64,000 nucleotides of DNA from an uncultured Gammaproteobacteria bacterium (GTDB lineage: Bacteria; Patescibacteriota; Patescibacteriia; Patescibacteriales; UBA12465), in contig CAZPPL010000002.1 of assembly GCA_964588465.1 (NCBI GenBank), positions 8,929 through 72,928 of the forward strand, in the 5' to 3' direction. Position numbers and translations under genes: made by a program. The notes under the pieces are model-generated. The model did no database searches. It saw nothing but the letters and a program-made list of their open reading frames with translations, and was not told the origin of the DNA. Positions 10,701 through 20,980 of the stretch are shown in pieces (the stretch's first letter is position 1; each line of letters starts with the position of its first letter).

Positions 10701-10729
10701 TTGATTTTTCCGTAATCTTGTGATAAATT
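10701..10729 (+). promoter_or_regulatory. Putative sigma70-type promoter of ileS
   Basis: TTGATT, a 17-nt spacer ending TGA (extended -10), then TAAATT. It lies 34 nt upstream of the ileS ATG. Confidence 0.4.
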
Positions 10730-10762
10730 TAGTAAATAAAGTTATATAAGCAGTTAAAATAT

Positions 10763-13741
10763 ATGCCCGAGGAACAAAAGAAATCTCCTATAGAATCGGT
10801 CTCCCAACGGGAAGAAACCGTTTTAAAGTTCTGGGATCGGGCGGATATTTTTAATAAGACTCTACAACAGTCTGCTCCCCACGGTGAATATGTTTTTTAT
10901 GATGGGCCACCTTTTGCTACTGGTACGCCTCATTATGGGCATATAGTATCTAGCTTAATGAAAGATGTAATTCCTCGCTACCAAACTATGCGTGGTTATC
11001 ACGTGGAACGAAAATGGGGTTGGGATTGCCATGGATTACCGATTGAAAATATTGTAGAAAAAGAATTAGGCACCAAAAACAAAAAAGAAATTGAAGATTT
11101 GGGAATAACTCAATTTAATAGTTTATGTCGCAGTCGGGTTTCTACTTATGTAGATGATTGGAAAAAGATCATTAAACGTTTAGGCCGTTGGGCCGATATG
11201 GATCACGCCTATAAAACTATGGATCTTAATTTCATGGATTCAGTTTGGTGGGCTTTTAAACGTTTATGGGATCAAGGTTTGATTTATAAAGATTATCGTT
11301 CTATGCATATTTGTCCTCGTTGTGAAACTACTCTCTCTCAATCTGAGGTGGCTGAGGGCTATCGGGATATTAAAGATTTATCCGTAATTGCTAAATTTGA
11401 ATTAATTGATGAAGCTGGAACTTATATCCTAGCTTGGACTACTACCCCTTGGACTTTAATTGCTAATGTAGCTTTAGCAATAGGCCTAGAGATTAAGTAT
11501 GTGAAAGTTGAAGTTGATGATGCTTTCTATATTGTAGCTCAAGAACTTTTAGATCAAGTTTTCCCTGATGGAAATTATCAAATAGTTACTGAATATCAAG
11601 GAACGGATTTAGTGGGTCGTGTTTATAAACCCTTATTTAATTATTATAGTGAGGATAAATCTCTACAGAACAGGGAGCGAGGTTGGAAAATCTATGCTGC
11701 TGATTTTGTTACCACTACTGAAGGCACTGGTATTGTCCATATTGCTCCAGCTTTTGGTGAAGATGATATGGATTTAGGCAAGAAGAATAATTTACCTTTT
11801 ATTCAACATATTGGTTTAGATGGGGTTTTTAAACCCGAAGTAAAAGACTTTTCTGGTTTACAAGTTAAACCGGTAGCTGATCACAGCTCAACTGATGTAG
11901 AGATTATTAAATATTTAGCTGCCCATGGTACTCTATTTTATAAAGCTAAATATGAACATAGTTATCCTCATTGTTGGCGTTGTGATACTCCGCTTATAAA
12001 TTATGCTACTTCTTCTTGGTTTGTGGGAGTGAGCAAAATTAAAGAGCAATTACTTAAAAGTGCTAAAAATATAAATTGGTCGCCAGCCTATATCAAAGAG
12101 GGGCGTTTTGGTAATTGGTTAAATGGTGCCCGGGATTGGTCAATTTCTCGTCAGCGTTTTTGGGCTAGTGCTATACCAATTTGGCAGTGTAGTTGTGGAG
12201 AGCAAAAAGTAATTGGTAGTGTAGCTGAATTAGAAAAATTAACTGCTACTAAGATTACGGATATTCATAAAGATAAAGTTGATCTGCTTACTTTTAAATG
12301 TGATAAATGTGGTGGAGAAATGAAACGTATTAGTGATGTCCTAGATTGTTGGTTTGAATCCGCTTCTATGCCTTTTGCTCAACTGCATTACCCTACTGAA
12401 AATAAAGCTAAATTTGAACATAATTTTCCTGCTCAATTTATTGCTGAAGGTATTGATCAAACCAGAACTTGGTTTTATTATCTACACGTAATGGCGGTAG
12501 GTTTATTTAAAAAACGTGCTTTTAGTAATGTTATGGCCAATGGCATAGTGCTAGCTTCAGATGGTAAAAAGATGTCTAAACGTTTACAAAATTATCCTGA
12601 TCCTTCACTGATAATTGAGAAGTATGGCTCGGATGCTTTACGAGCTTATTTGCTTTCTTCTCCAGTTATGCAAGCTGAGAATTTAAACTTTTCCGAAAAA
12701 GATGTTCAAGAATCTTTACGTAAAAATGTCATGATTCTGTGGAATATTTATAAATTCTATCAGATGTTTGCTGGAGAGAATCCAGCGTCAGCTACTAATC
12801 TTAAAGCTAATAATACTGAGAGCAAGAATATTTTAGATCGTTGGATTATAATAAAATTAAATTTATTGATTAATCAGACTACTAGTGCTTTAGAAGCCTA
12901 TAACCTTCCTAAAGCTATACGACCAATCACTGAATTTATTGATGAATTATCTACTTGGTATTTGCGTCGTAGTCGGGATCGCTTTAAATCAGATAATTTA
13001 GTTGATAGAGATTTAGCTCTAGCTACCACCAAGCGAGTGTTAATAACTTTAGCCAAATTAATGGCCCCCTTCACCCCTTTTATTGCTGAAAGTTTATGGC
13101 AAAAAGTTAAGGGTTTTAATTTCACTAACGATGATCGTTCCGTACATTTAGAAACTTGGCCTCTTCAGCCTTCTAAGGCTAAGAGTTTAGTACAACAGGC
13201 TTTTAAGATATTTGGGCTAGGGAGAGAAGACCAGAAAATTTTGAATAATATGTCTTCAGTTCGTAGAATAGTAGAACTAGGACTAGCTCAGCGCGATGCT
13301 GTAGGAATTAAAACTCGTCAGATGTTAGCCAGTATTAAAGTTAGAGGTATGGCTATACTTGATTCTAAATATGTAGATTTAATAACTGCTGAATTAAATA
13401 TTCAAACTCTGAGTTTTACTGATTTATTGGCTGAAAAGTCAAGTGTAGAGTTAGACACTGTTCTAAGCCCAGAGCTCAAACGTCAAGGTCTAAAACGTGA
13501 GTTAATTCGTTCCATTAATTTGTTACGTAAGGAAAACGGCTTGACTCTACAGGATAGAGTTACTGTATATTATCAAGCTCCAGCTCAATTAGATCAAGCA
13601 TTGAAAACTATTGCCCCTGAAATTATTAGCGACACCTTGGCTTTAGATTTTATAGCCGGAATAGCTCTAAGTCAAAATGGACAGACTAAAAAAGAAATTA
13701 AATTTGCTGGTCAGGTAATAACAGTGAGTTTACAAAAGTAG
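10763..13741 (+). CDS. ileS: Isoleucyl-tRNA synthetase, type 2 (eukaryote-like)
   Basis: 992 aa. Motifs: PPFATGTPHYGH (HIGH variant), GWDCHGLPIE, KMSKR, and a Cys-rich insertion CPRCET...CWRCDT. Confidence 0.95.
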   Translation: MPEEQKKSPIESVSQREETVLKFWDRADIFNKTLQQSAPHGEYVFYDGPPFATGTPHYGHIVSSLMKDVIPRYQTMRGYHVERKWGWDCHGLPIENIVEKELGTKNKKEIEDLGITQFNSLCRSRVSTYVDDWKKIIKRLGRWADMDHAYKTMDLNFMDSVWWAFKRLWDQGLIYKDYRSMHICPRCETTLSQSEVAEGYRDIKDLSVIAKFELIDEAGTYILAWTTTPWTLIANVALAIGLEIKYVKVEVDDAFYIVAQELLDQVFPDGNYQIVTEYQGTDLVGRVYKPLFNYYSEDKSLQNRERGWKIYAADFVTTTEGTGIVHIAPAFGEDDMDLGKKNNLPFIQHIGLDGVFKPEVKDFSGLQVKPVADHSSTDVEIIKYLAAHGTLFYKAKYEHSYPHCWRCDTPLINYATSSWFVGVSKIKEQLLKSAKNINWSPAYIKEGRFGNWLNGARDWSISRQRFWASAIPIWQCSCGEQKVIGSVAELEKLTATKITDIHKDKVDLLTFKCDKCGGEMKRISDVLDCWFESASMPFAQLHYPTENKAKFEHNFPAQFIAEGIDQTRTWFYYLHVMAVGLFKKRAFSNVMANGIVLASDGKKMSKRLQNYPDPSLIIEKYGSDALRAYLLSSPVMQAENLNFSEKDVQESLRKNVMILWNIYKFYQMFAGENPASATNLKANNTESKNILDRWIIIKLNLLINQTTSALEAYNLPKAIRPITEFIDELSTWYLRRSRDRFKSDNLVDRDLALATTKRVLITLAKLMAPFTPFIAESLWQKVKGFNFTNDDRSVHLETWPLQPSKAKSLVQQAFKIFGLGREDQKILNNMSSVRRIVELGLAQRDAVGIKTRQMLASIKVRGMAILDSKYVDLITAELNIQTLSFTDLLAEKSSVELDTVLSPELKRQGLKRELIRSINLLRKENGLTLQDRVTVYYQAPAQLDQALKTIAPEIISDTLALDFIAGIALSQNGQTKKEIKFAGQVITVSLQK

Positions 13742-13839
13742 TTTAGTGGAATAGGCTTATTAAGCATATTAAGTAATTTAATAGTTATTGAGATGGTAAT
13801 AACTTTTTAGTTATTCTAAATCAATAATTAACTAAGTGT

Positions 13840-14397
13840 ATGATTATAGAAATTATTGTGGCCGTGGTTGTCATTTTATTATTACTAATGGCGGCTATGT
13901 ATAACGGTCTTATTCGCCTAAAAAACAGAGTGGGGGAAAGCTATAGCGATATGGAAGTACAGCTGAAACGACGCTATGATTTAATTCCTAATTTAGTAGA
14001 GACGGTTAAAGGTTATGCTGCTCATGAGCAGGGAACTTTTGAAAAAGTAGTAGCGGCTCGTAATCAAGCTATGGCTACTGGTGGTCAAGATATTGCTAAA
14101 AAGATGGCAGTTGAAAATGCTTTATCTTCAACTTTAAAATCTTTATTTGCTTTATCTGAAAGTTATCCAGATCTAAAAGCTAGCAAGAATTTTTTAGAAT
14201 TACAGCAAGAACTAACTGATACCGAAGATAAAATTATGGCTTCTCGTCGTTTCTATAATGCTAATGTCCGTGACTTTAATACTAAATTACAAATATTTCC
14301 TACCAATATATTTGCTAATATGTTAGGCTTTAGTGCTCAAAAGTTTTTTGAACTGGATAATTCTTCAGAAGCAAAAGCTATTGAAGTTAAATTTTAG
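13840..14397 (+). CDS. lemA: LemA family membrane protein
   Basis: 185 aa with an N-terminal TM segment, then YNGLIRLKNRV...QLKRRYDLIPNLVETVKGYA...RRFYNANVRDFN, which is typical of LemA. Confidence 0.85.
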   Translation: MIIEIIVAVVVILLLLMAAMYNGLIRLKNRVGESYSDMEVQLKRRYDLIPNLVETVKGYAAHEQGTFEKVVAARNQAMATGGQDIAKKMAVENALSSTLKSLFALSESYPDLKASKNFLELQQELTDTEDKIMASRRFYNANVRDFNTKLQIFPTNIFANMLGFSAQKFFELDNSSEAKAIEVKF

Positions 14398-14438
14398 TAT
14401 TCTAGCCGTTTAAAATTTTTAATTCTAGCTAATATATT

Positions 14439-15356
14439 ATGGCTTCCATATATACTCAAAGCGACTCTAATCGTCGTAAAACCTGGTGGTTATTAACTAT
14501 CTTTTTGGTAGTGGTAGTGATTTTAGCTTATATTTTTAGCTACGAATTTCAGAATTCTCTAATTTTATATGGAGTAGTTATTTTCGCGGTGGGTTTTAGT
14601 TTTTTTAGCTATTGGTATAGCGATAGAATGGTACTGGCTATGAGTAAGGCCCATAAAGTATCTAAACAGAGTGCCCGAGAACTTTATTTGTTGGTAGAAA
14701 ATCTTTGTATTACTGCTGGGCTTCCTTTACCACAAATTTATTTAATTGATGATTTAGCACCCAACGCTTTTGCTACTGGACGAGATAAAGAACACGCAGT
14801 TATTGTAGTTACTACTGGTTTGGTCCAAAAATTAGATAAGGTGGAACTGGAAGGGGTGATTGCTCATGAATTGTCTCATATCGGAAATAGAGATATCTTA
14901 TTAGCCACTCTAGTCACCGTGCTAGTGGGAGTGATTGTTTTGTTAGCAGATGGATTTCGTAATTGGACTTTTTTTGGTGGCCGGCGTAGCAGTAATAATT
15001 CTGGCGGAAATGATCAGATTGGTTTAATTATCATGATTGTAGCTATCGTTTTATCGATCTTAGCTCCTTTATTTGCCTATTTAATGCAGTTTGCCATTTC
15101 TCGTAAACGAGAATTTTTAGCAGACAGTGATGGAGCTCTGCTCACTAGGTATCCAGAGGGACTAGCTAGAGCTTTAGAAAAGATTTCCAAAGATCGTCAA
15201 CCTTTAAAAGAGGCTAACAGGGCTACAGCCCATCTATATATTGCCTCTCCTTTTAAAAACGATGTTCCGGGCAAAATTAAAACTAATTTTTTAGCTCGGG
15301 CCTTTGCCACCCATCCGCCTATAGCACAGAGGATTAAACGTTTACGAGCTATGTAA
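14439..15356 (+). CDS. htpX: Zinc metalloprotease HtpX (M48)
   Basis: HELSH zinc motif, four TM segments, NAFATG, EFLADSDGA, and a conserved THPPIAQRI C-terminus. The lemA-htpX pairing is typical. Confidence 0.9.
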   Translation: MASIYTQSDSNRRKTWWLLTIFLVVVVILAYIFSYEFQNSLILYGVVIFAVGFSFFSYWYSDRMVLAMSKAHKVSKQSARELYLLVENLCITAGLPLPQIYLIDDLAPNAFATGRDKEHAVIVVTTGLVQKLDKVELEGVIAHELSHIGNRDILLATLVTVLVGVIVLLADGFRNWTFFGGRRSSNNSGGNDQIGLIIMIVAIVLSILAPLFAYLMQFAISRKREFLADSDGALLTRYPEGLARALEKISKDRQPLKEANRATAHLYIASPFKNDVPGKIKTNFLARAFATHPPIAQRIKRLRAM

Positions 15357-15413
15357 ACAGAGGAATTAGTATAATTTATCAATTTAATTTATTTTTTTAT
15401 AATTTTAAAATAT

Positions 15414-16370
15414 ATGACCACTTCACAAATATATAATTTAGCTATTAAATTAGGAATTAGTCATGATTTGCGTGGGGAAAAAATAGTAGCTAAGAATTTA
15501 GCCCGAATTAAAAAGAATTATAACTCTTTAAGTGCTACAGACCAGAAAGAGTTTGATAAGGATAAATTAGTTAATCCCTATTCTGATTCTCTTATTCTAG
15601 TAGATAATAATAAGAAGAATATTCGTAAAGTTTTAGCAGGAATTGATATGGAAGGGCCAGAACTATTATTGGCCAAGCAATTAGTTGATATTGACTTAGT
15701 TATCACTCATCATCCTGCTGGTCCCGCCTTAGCTGATTTAGCTGATGTTATGCATTTACAAGCTCAAGTATTAGCTAATTATGGTGTGCCAATTAATGTG
15801 TCTGAAGCAATTAGTGCTCCACGTATTGCTGAAGTATTCAGGAGTCTATCTCCAATCAATCATAATAGGCCTTTAGATATTGCTAAGATTTTAGGTTTAG
15901 ATTTTATGTGTATTCATACTCCAGCTGATAATTTAGGAGCTGATTTTGTAATCAAGTTTATAAAGAAATCAGAGGATAAGGTAGAAACTATTGCTGAATT
16001 AATAAGTCTATTAAAAACTATTCCTGAATATAAACAAGCTCAAGCTCGTAAAGCTGGACCGATTATTTCTGTTGGTGCTCCTGAAAATAGTTGTGGTAAA
16101 ATTATAGTTAGCGAATTTACCGGAGGAACTAGTGGCTCTCTTGATATTTATGAAAAAATGGCTCAGCAGGGGATTGGTACTATTATTAGCATGCATATGA
16201 GTGAAAAACATAGGACCGAAGCGGAAAAACAGCATTTAAATGTTGTTGTCGCTGGTCATATAGCTTCGGATTCTTTAGGAATGAACTTATTTTTAGATGA
16301 AATTGAGAAAAAAGGAGTTGAAGTCGTGCCAGTCTCGGGGTTGATAAGAGTCAAGAGATTTAAAAAATAA
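15414..16370 (+). CDS. NIF3-like dinuclear metal-centre protein (tentative)
   Basis: 318 aa. DLVITHHP and CIHTPADN resemble the NIF3 HHP/HTN metal-ligand motifs. The overall match is weak. Confidence 0.45.
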   Translation: MTTSQIYNLAIKLGISHDLRGEKIVAKNLARIKKNYNSLSATDQKEFDKDKLVNPYSDSLILVDNNKKNIRKVLAGIDMEGPELLLAKQLVDIDLVITHHPAGPALADLADVMHLQAQVLANYGVPINVSEAISAPRIAEVFRSLSPINHNRPLDIAKILGLDFMCIHTPADNLGADFVIKFIKKSEDKVETIAELISLLKTIPEYKQAQARKAGPIISVGAPENSCGKIIVSEFTGGTSGSLDIYEKMAQQGIGTIISMHMSEKHRTEAEKQHLNVVVAGHIASDSLGMNLFLDEIEKKGVEVVPVSGLIRVKRFKK

Positions 16371-16401
16371 GCTCTAGCTGACTTTCAATTATTATAATTT
16401 T

Positions 16402-17718
16402 ATGACTAAGTTAGAACTTTTAGCCCCCGCGGGGAATAGATTAAAAATGGATACGGCTTTTGCCTATGGAGCTGATGCCGTTTATTTAGGTATCCCAGAT
16501 TTTTCTCTGCGAGTTAGAATTAATGACTTTGATTTAGCAGGGGTAAAACAAGCGGTTAAAGTGGCTCACGGACTACATAAAAAAGTCTATGTAACTATTA
16601 ATATTTTTGCTCATAATAGACATCTAAAGAAACTACCAGCCTATCTGCGACAACTTAGGAGTATGGCCGTTGACGCTTTAATTATTTCTGATCCCGGAAT
16701 TATTTTATTAGTTAAAGAGATTTGGCCTAAAGTAGAAATTCATTTGTCAACTCAGGCCAACTGTACTAATTTAGCTGCGGTTAAATTTTGGGCTCAACAG
16801 GGAATTAGCAGAATAATTTTGGGGAGAGAAGTTAGTTTAGCGGATATTTCAGAAATTCATCAGGCTCTGCCCCAGATAGAATTGGAATATTTTGTTCAGG
16901 GAGCAATGTGTATGGCCTATTCTGGGCGTTGTTTTCTGTCTAAGTTATTTGTTGATCGGAGTGCTAATCTAGGAGATTGTGCTCAACCTTGTCGGTGGCC
17001 TTATGAAATTCAAAAATTTAAATTAAAAACTGGTGAACACGCCGAAGAATTGGAATTAGTAGAAGAAGCTCACGGTACTTATCTTTTAAATTCTAAAGAT
17101 CTTTGTTTAATTAAATATTTATCCGCATTAGCTCAAGCTGGAGTAACTAGTTTTAAAATTGAAGGTCGTGCTAAGAGTGTCTATTATCAAGCCACAGTAG
17201 TGGGAATATATCGTCAAGCTATAAAATTACTAAATAAAAGAATATCTAAAAAAATATCTCAAGCAAAACTTAAGCTAGAACTTGATTATTTATATTCTGA
17301 ACTAGAAAGTAAATTAGTCAATCGGGGTTATACTGTTGGCTTTTTATTAGGGGCTAAAGCGGATCAGAACATTTTAGATGCTCATAATAAGAGTGAATGG
17401 GAGTTTTGTGGTCAAGTTATTGTTCCGGATAAAAGTTTTAAAAAATTTAAATTAAACCCCTCTATACAATTGGTCTATTTTAAAGTACACAATACTGTTA
17501 GGATTAAAGAGAAGATTGAATTGATTAGTCCTAACTATGATATAATTAAAATAAGCCCTAGAATTCTTTGGGATGCTAAGACTGGCGAGGAAATAACTGA
17601 GGCTCATGGTGGTGGTGGGGGTAGGATTGTTGTTTTGAAACTGGCGAAAGCTAAGGGGAACATTCCCGAATTTACGGTGATAAGAAGAAAAACTAATGAA
17701 GTTAAGAATAATAAGTAA
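16402..17718 (+). CDS. Peptidase U32 family protein
   Basis: 438 aa with the U32 signature E-x-F-x2-G-A-x-C-x4-G-x-C-x-x-S, seen here as EYFVQGAMCMAYSGRCFLS. Confidence 0.8.
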   Translation: MTKLELLAPAGNRLKMDTAFAYGADAVYLGIPDFSLRVRINDFDLAGVKQAVKVAHGLHKKVYVTINIFAHNRHLKKLPAYLRQLRSMAVDALIISDPGIILLVKEIWPKVEIHLSTQANCTNLAAVKFWAQQGISRIILGREVSLADISEIHQALPQIELEYFVQGAMCMAYSGRCFLSKLFVDRSANLGDCAQPCRWPYEIQKFKLKTGEHAEELELVEEAHGTYLLNSKDLCLIKYLSALAQAGVTSFKIEGRAKSVYYQATVVGIYRQAIKLLNKRISKKISQAKLKLELDYLYSELESKLVNRGYTVGFLLGAKADQNILDAHNKSEWEFCGQVIVPDKSFKKFKLNPSIQLVYFKVHNTVRIKEKIELISPNYDIIKISPRILWDAKTGEEITEAHGGGGGRIVVLKLAKAKGNIPEFTVIRRKTNEVKNNK

Positions 17719-17745
17719 ATTAAGTTTTTAATTAATAGTTCTTGT

Positions 17746-18327
17746 ATGATTTCATTTTTAAGGGGAAAAGTAATGAGTAAAACTCTAAATTATGTAATTA
17801 TTGAAGTTGCCAATATTGGTTATCAGGTTTTTATAGGAGAAACTTTTTTAAATGATTTGAAACTTAACACAGAACAGGAAATTTATATTCATCATCGGGT
17901 TAGGGAAGAAGCTAGTGATTTATATGGCTTTAAAACTTTAGAAGATTTAGAATTATTTGAATTATTATTAACAGTTTCTGGAGTGGGTCCTAAATCAGCT
18001 TTAGGGGTTTTAACTATTGCTAGCGCTAGAGATATTAAGGAAGCAATTATCCGAGGTGATGCTAATCTGTTGACTAAAGTATCTGGTATTGGCCAGAAAA
18101 CAGCAGAGCGTTTAGTTTTAGAATTAAAAAATAAAGTTTTACGTTCTAGTGTAAATAGTGATAAGTTTGGTTCTACGCCTTTGGGAAGTAGTGACGAAAT
18201 TGATGCTTTAATGTCTTTAGGCTATTCGCTTAGTGATGCTCGGAATGCTCTAAATGCCCTTGATCCGAAAATTATTGACAGTGGCGAACGAGTTAAAGCG
18301 GCTTTGAAAAAAATGGCCAAAGCTTAG
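17746..18327 (+). CDS. ruvA: Holliday junction DNA helicase subunit RuvA
   Basis: 193 aa. MISFLRGKV start, HhH motifs LLTVSGVGPKSALGVL and LTKVSGIGQKTAERLVLELK, and a C-terminal domain III. Confidence 0.85.
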   Translation: MISFLRGKVMSKTLNYVIIEVANIGYQVFIGETFLNDLKLNTEQEIYIHHRVREEASDLYGFKTLEDLELFELLLTVSGVGPKSALGVLTIASARDIKEAIIRGDANLLTKVSGIGQKTAERLVLELKNKVLRSSVNSDKFGSTPLGSSDEIDALMSLGYSLSDARNALNALDPKIIDSGERVKAALKKMAKA

Positions 18328-18401
18328 AATTGTTAGAGTTAATAGTATAAATTTACAGCTAATGTAGACTTGTTTAGCCTAAATTAGGCTAAATTAGCTA
18401 C

Positions 18402-18430
18402 TTTACAAGTACAATTTTCTAGGCTAAGAT
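18402..18430 (+). promoter_or_regulatory. Putative promoter of proS
   Basis: TTTACA, a 17-nt spacer, then TAAGAT, 12 nt upstream of the ATG. It is bracketed by TAGGCTAA repeats (see findings). Confidence 0.3.
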
Positions 18431-18442
18431 GAGAAATAATAT

Positions 18443-19879
18443 ATGTCTATTAATCATAAAAAAACAATTACTAAACAGAGTCATGATTTTCCCCAGTGGT
18501 ATCAAGATGTTATTAAAGAGGCTGAACTAGCCGAGACCTCGGAAGTACGTGGTTGTGGCATAGTTCGTCCTTATGGTTTAAAAATTTGGGAATTAATTAA
18601 AGCAGAACTCAGTAGACGTTTAGAAAATGATGGAGTAGAAAATGTGTATTTTCCTATTTTTGTTCCTTTGGAAAATCTAGAAGCAGAGCGAGATCATGTT
18701 AAAGGCTTTGCCCCTGAGTTAGCAATTGTCACTCATGCTGGAGGAGAAGAGTTAGCTAATAAATTAGTAATTCGTCCTACCAGTGAAGCTGCTATGTATA
18801 AAACTTATGCTCGTTGGATTCAAAGTTATAAAGATCTGCCTTTACGTTTAAATCAGTGGGCCAATGTAGTGCGTTGGGAGAAACGCCCTCGGGCTTTTTT
18901 GCGTTGGAGTGAATTTCTATGGCAAGAGGGACATACAGTTTTTGCTACAGAGTCAGAGGCGCGAGCTGAAGTTGATAAAATATTGAATTTATACCAAGAA
19001 GTTTATAAGTTCATGGCTATTCCTTCTTTCATTGGGCAGAAGTCAGAAAGTGAAAAATTTGCTGGGGCAGTTACTACCATGACTGTGGAAGTCATGGCTC
19101 GAGATGGTAAAGCTATCCAGGGCGCCACTAGTCATTATTTAGGAACTAATTTTGCCAAAGTATTTGATGTTAGTTATTTAGGAGCTGATGGCAAAACTCA
19201 TCTAGCTTATCAAAATAGCTGGGGTTTATCTTGGCGAGCCGTTGGCGCGGTAGTTATGGTCCATGGTGATGATAATGGTCTACGTCTGCCTCCTAATATT
19301 GCCCCCATTCAGATAGTTATAGTGCCAATTTATAAGAATCAAAATAATCGCCAAAAAGTTTTAGATTTTTCCAAACAAATAATTCAGAGTTTAAACGGGA
19401 AATATAGAATTAAAATTGATGAACGAGAAGGATCCACTCCAGGCTTTAAGTTTAACTATTGGGAAGTACGCGGGGTACCAGTCCGTTTAGAAATAGGTTT
19501 AAAAGAAATTCAGGAGAATAAACTTACGATTTTTAGGCGTGATAACGACACTAAGGAACAGATTGAGCTCTCGGATTTAAATTCTTATTTAGCTAAGTTG
19601 ATGGAGGATATACATAACAATTTATTTCAGCAAGCTAATGATTTTCATAAAGATCATATTTATCAAATTGAGGATTGGAAAGAAATTGATAATCGTTCTG
19701 GTTGGTTTGAGGCTAGTTGGAGCGAAGATGCGAATACTGAACAGCAGTTAAAAGAAAAATATGGAATGGTTTCGCGAGTTTTATTAAATAGCCAAGCTAA
19801 TAATAAACCTCATAATAAAAAGTGTTTTATTAGTGGGAAAGAAGCTAAGCATGATTGGTTGTTTGCTAAGAGTTATTAG
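18443..19879 (+). CDS. proS: Prolyl-tRNA synthetase, archaeal/eukaryote-like type
   Basis: 478 aa. FPQWYQDVIKEAELAE start, IRPTSEA, class II motifs, no bacterial INS editing insertion, and a C-terminal tyrosine. Confidence 0.92.
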   Translation: MSINHKKTITKQSHDFPQWYQDVIKEAELAETSEVRGCGIVRPYGLKIWELIKAELSRRLENDGVENVYFPIFVPLENLEAERDHVKGFAPELAIVTHAGGEELANKLVIRPTSEAAMYKTYARWIQSYKDLPLRLNQWANVVRWEKRPRAFLRWSEFLWQEGHTVFATESEARAEVDKILNLYQEVYKFMAIPSFIGQKSESEKFAGAVTTMTVEVMARDGKAIQGATSHYLGTNFAKVFDVSYLGADGKTHLAYQNSWGLSWRAVGAVVMVHGDDNGLRLPPNIAPIQIVIVPIYKNQNNRQKVLDFSKQIIQSLNGKYRIKIDEREGSTPGFKFNYWEVRGVPVRLEIGLKEIQENKLTIFRRDNDTKEQIELSDLNSYLAKLMEDIHNNLFQQANDFHKDHIYQIEDWKEIDNRSGWFEASWSEDANTEQQLKEKYGMVSRVLLNSQANNKPHNKKCFISGKEAKHDWLFAKSY

Positions 19880-19910
19880 AGTTTAGATGTTTAAAGTTTT
19901 AAAATAATTT

Positions 19911-20951
19911 ATGTTCAATAATTTTTTAGGAAAATTTAGTTATGATTTAGGTATTGATTTAGGCACGAAAAATACCTTAGTTTATGTTGCCGATAAAGGT
20001 ATTACTATTAATGAGCCTAGTGTGGTGGCTATTAATAAACGTACCAATGAAATTTTAGAAGTTGGTGAAGCTGCTAAAAAAATGGTGGGTAAAACCCCAG
20101 GGCATATTGAGGCTATCAAACCTTTAATTAATGGAGTAATTTCTGATTTTGAAATAACCGAGAAAATGTTAAAATATTTTATTAATAAAGTACATAATGA
20201 TAATTTTTCTTTAATTTCTCGTCCTCGAGTAGTTATTGGTATTCCCCTGGATTTAACTGAAGTAGAGAAAAGAGCGGTAGAAGATGCGGCTAAATCCGCT
20301 GGAGCTCGAAAAGTTTATTTAATTGATGAAGCTATGGCGGCAGCTATTGGAGCCCGTTTGCCAGTAACTGAGGCCATTGCCACTATGATGGTTGATATTG
20401 GCGGAGGGACTACAGAAATTGCCGTTATTTCTCTAAGTGGGGTGGTAACCTGGAAGTCTCTAAAAGCCGCTGGAAATGAATTTGATAGTAATATTATTGA
20501 ATATGTGCGGGAGGAATTTAATATTCTAATTGGTGAACAATTAGCCGAAAGTATTAAAATTGCCGTTGGTTCGGCCGTTCCTCTAGAAAGCCCTCAAGAA
20601 ATTGAAGTGCGAGGCAGAGATTTGTTAACTGGATTACCTAAAGCTTTAATGGCTAGCGATAAACAGATTAGAGAAGCCCTAAGCCGAACAGTTAATAGAA
20701 TTATTGAGAATATTAAAACTATTTTAGAGACCACTCCGCCAGAATTAGTTTCTGATATTTATGAACGGGGTTTATTCTTGTCTGGAGGGGGAAGTTTATT
20801 ACGAGGTTTAGATAAAGCAATTTCTACCGCTACTAAAATTCCAGTCAAGATAGTTGATGATCCTTTAACTTGTGTAGCTCGGGGGACAGGAATTCTATTG
20901 GACAATAAAGAGCTACTAGATAAAGTGATGATGCCTAGCCAACAGGATTAG
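19911..20951 (+). CDS. mreB: Rod shape-determining actin homologue MreB
   Basis: 346 aa. Motifs: GIDLGTKNTLVY, NEPSVVA, PLINGVISDF, VDIGGGTTEIAVISL, LSGGGSLLRGLD. Confidence 0.93.
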   Translation: MFNNFLGKFSYDLGIDLGTKNTLVYVADKGITINEPSVVAINKRTNEILEVGEAAKKMVGKTPGHIEAIKPLINGVISDFEITEKMLKYFINKVHNDNFSLISRPRVVIGIPLDLTEVEKRAVEDAAKSAGARKVYLIDEAMAAAIGARLPVTEAIATMMVDIGGGTTEIAVISLSGVVTWKSLKAAGNEFDSNIIEYVREEFNILIGEQLAESIKIAVGSAVPLESPQEIEVRGRDLLTGLPKALMASDKQIREALSRTVNRIIENIKTILETTPPELVSDIYERGLFLSGGGSLLRGLDKAISTATKIPVKIVDDPLTCVARGTGILLDNKELLDKVMMPSQQD

Positions 20952-20980
20952 GCAGGTTCATTATAATCCTAACTGTCAGT

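Noticed and set aside
10646-10762. T-box or other riboswitch leaders upstream of ileS, proS (18328-18442) and alaS (42262-42294)
   Set aside because: The spacers are 33-117 nt, too short for a T-box of about 200 nt or more. I see no T-box consensus (AAnnnGGGTGGTACCGCG-like) or specifier-loop architecture.
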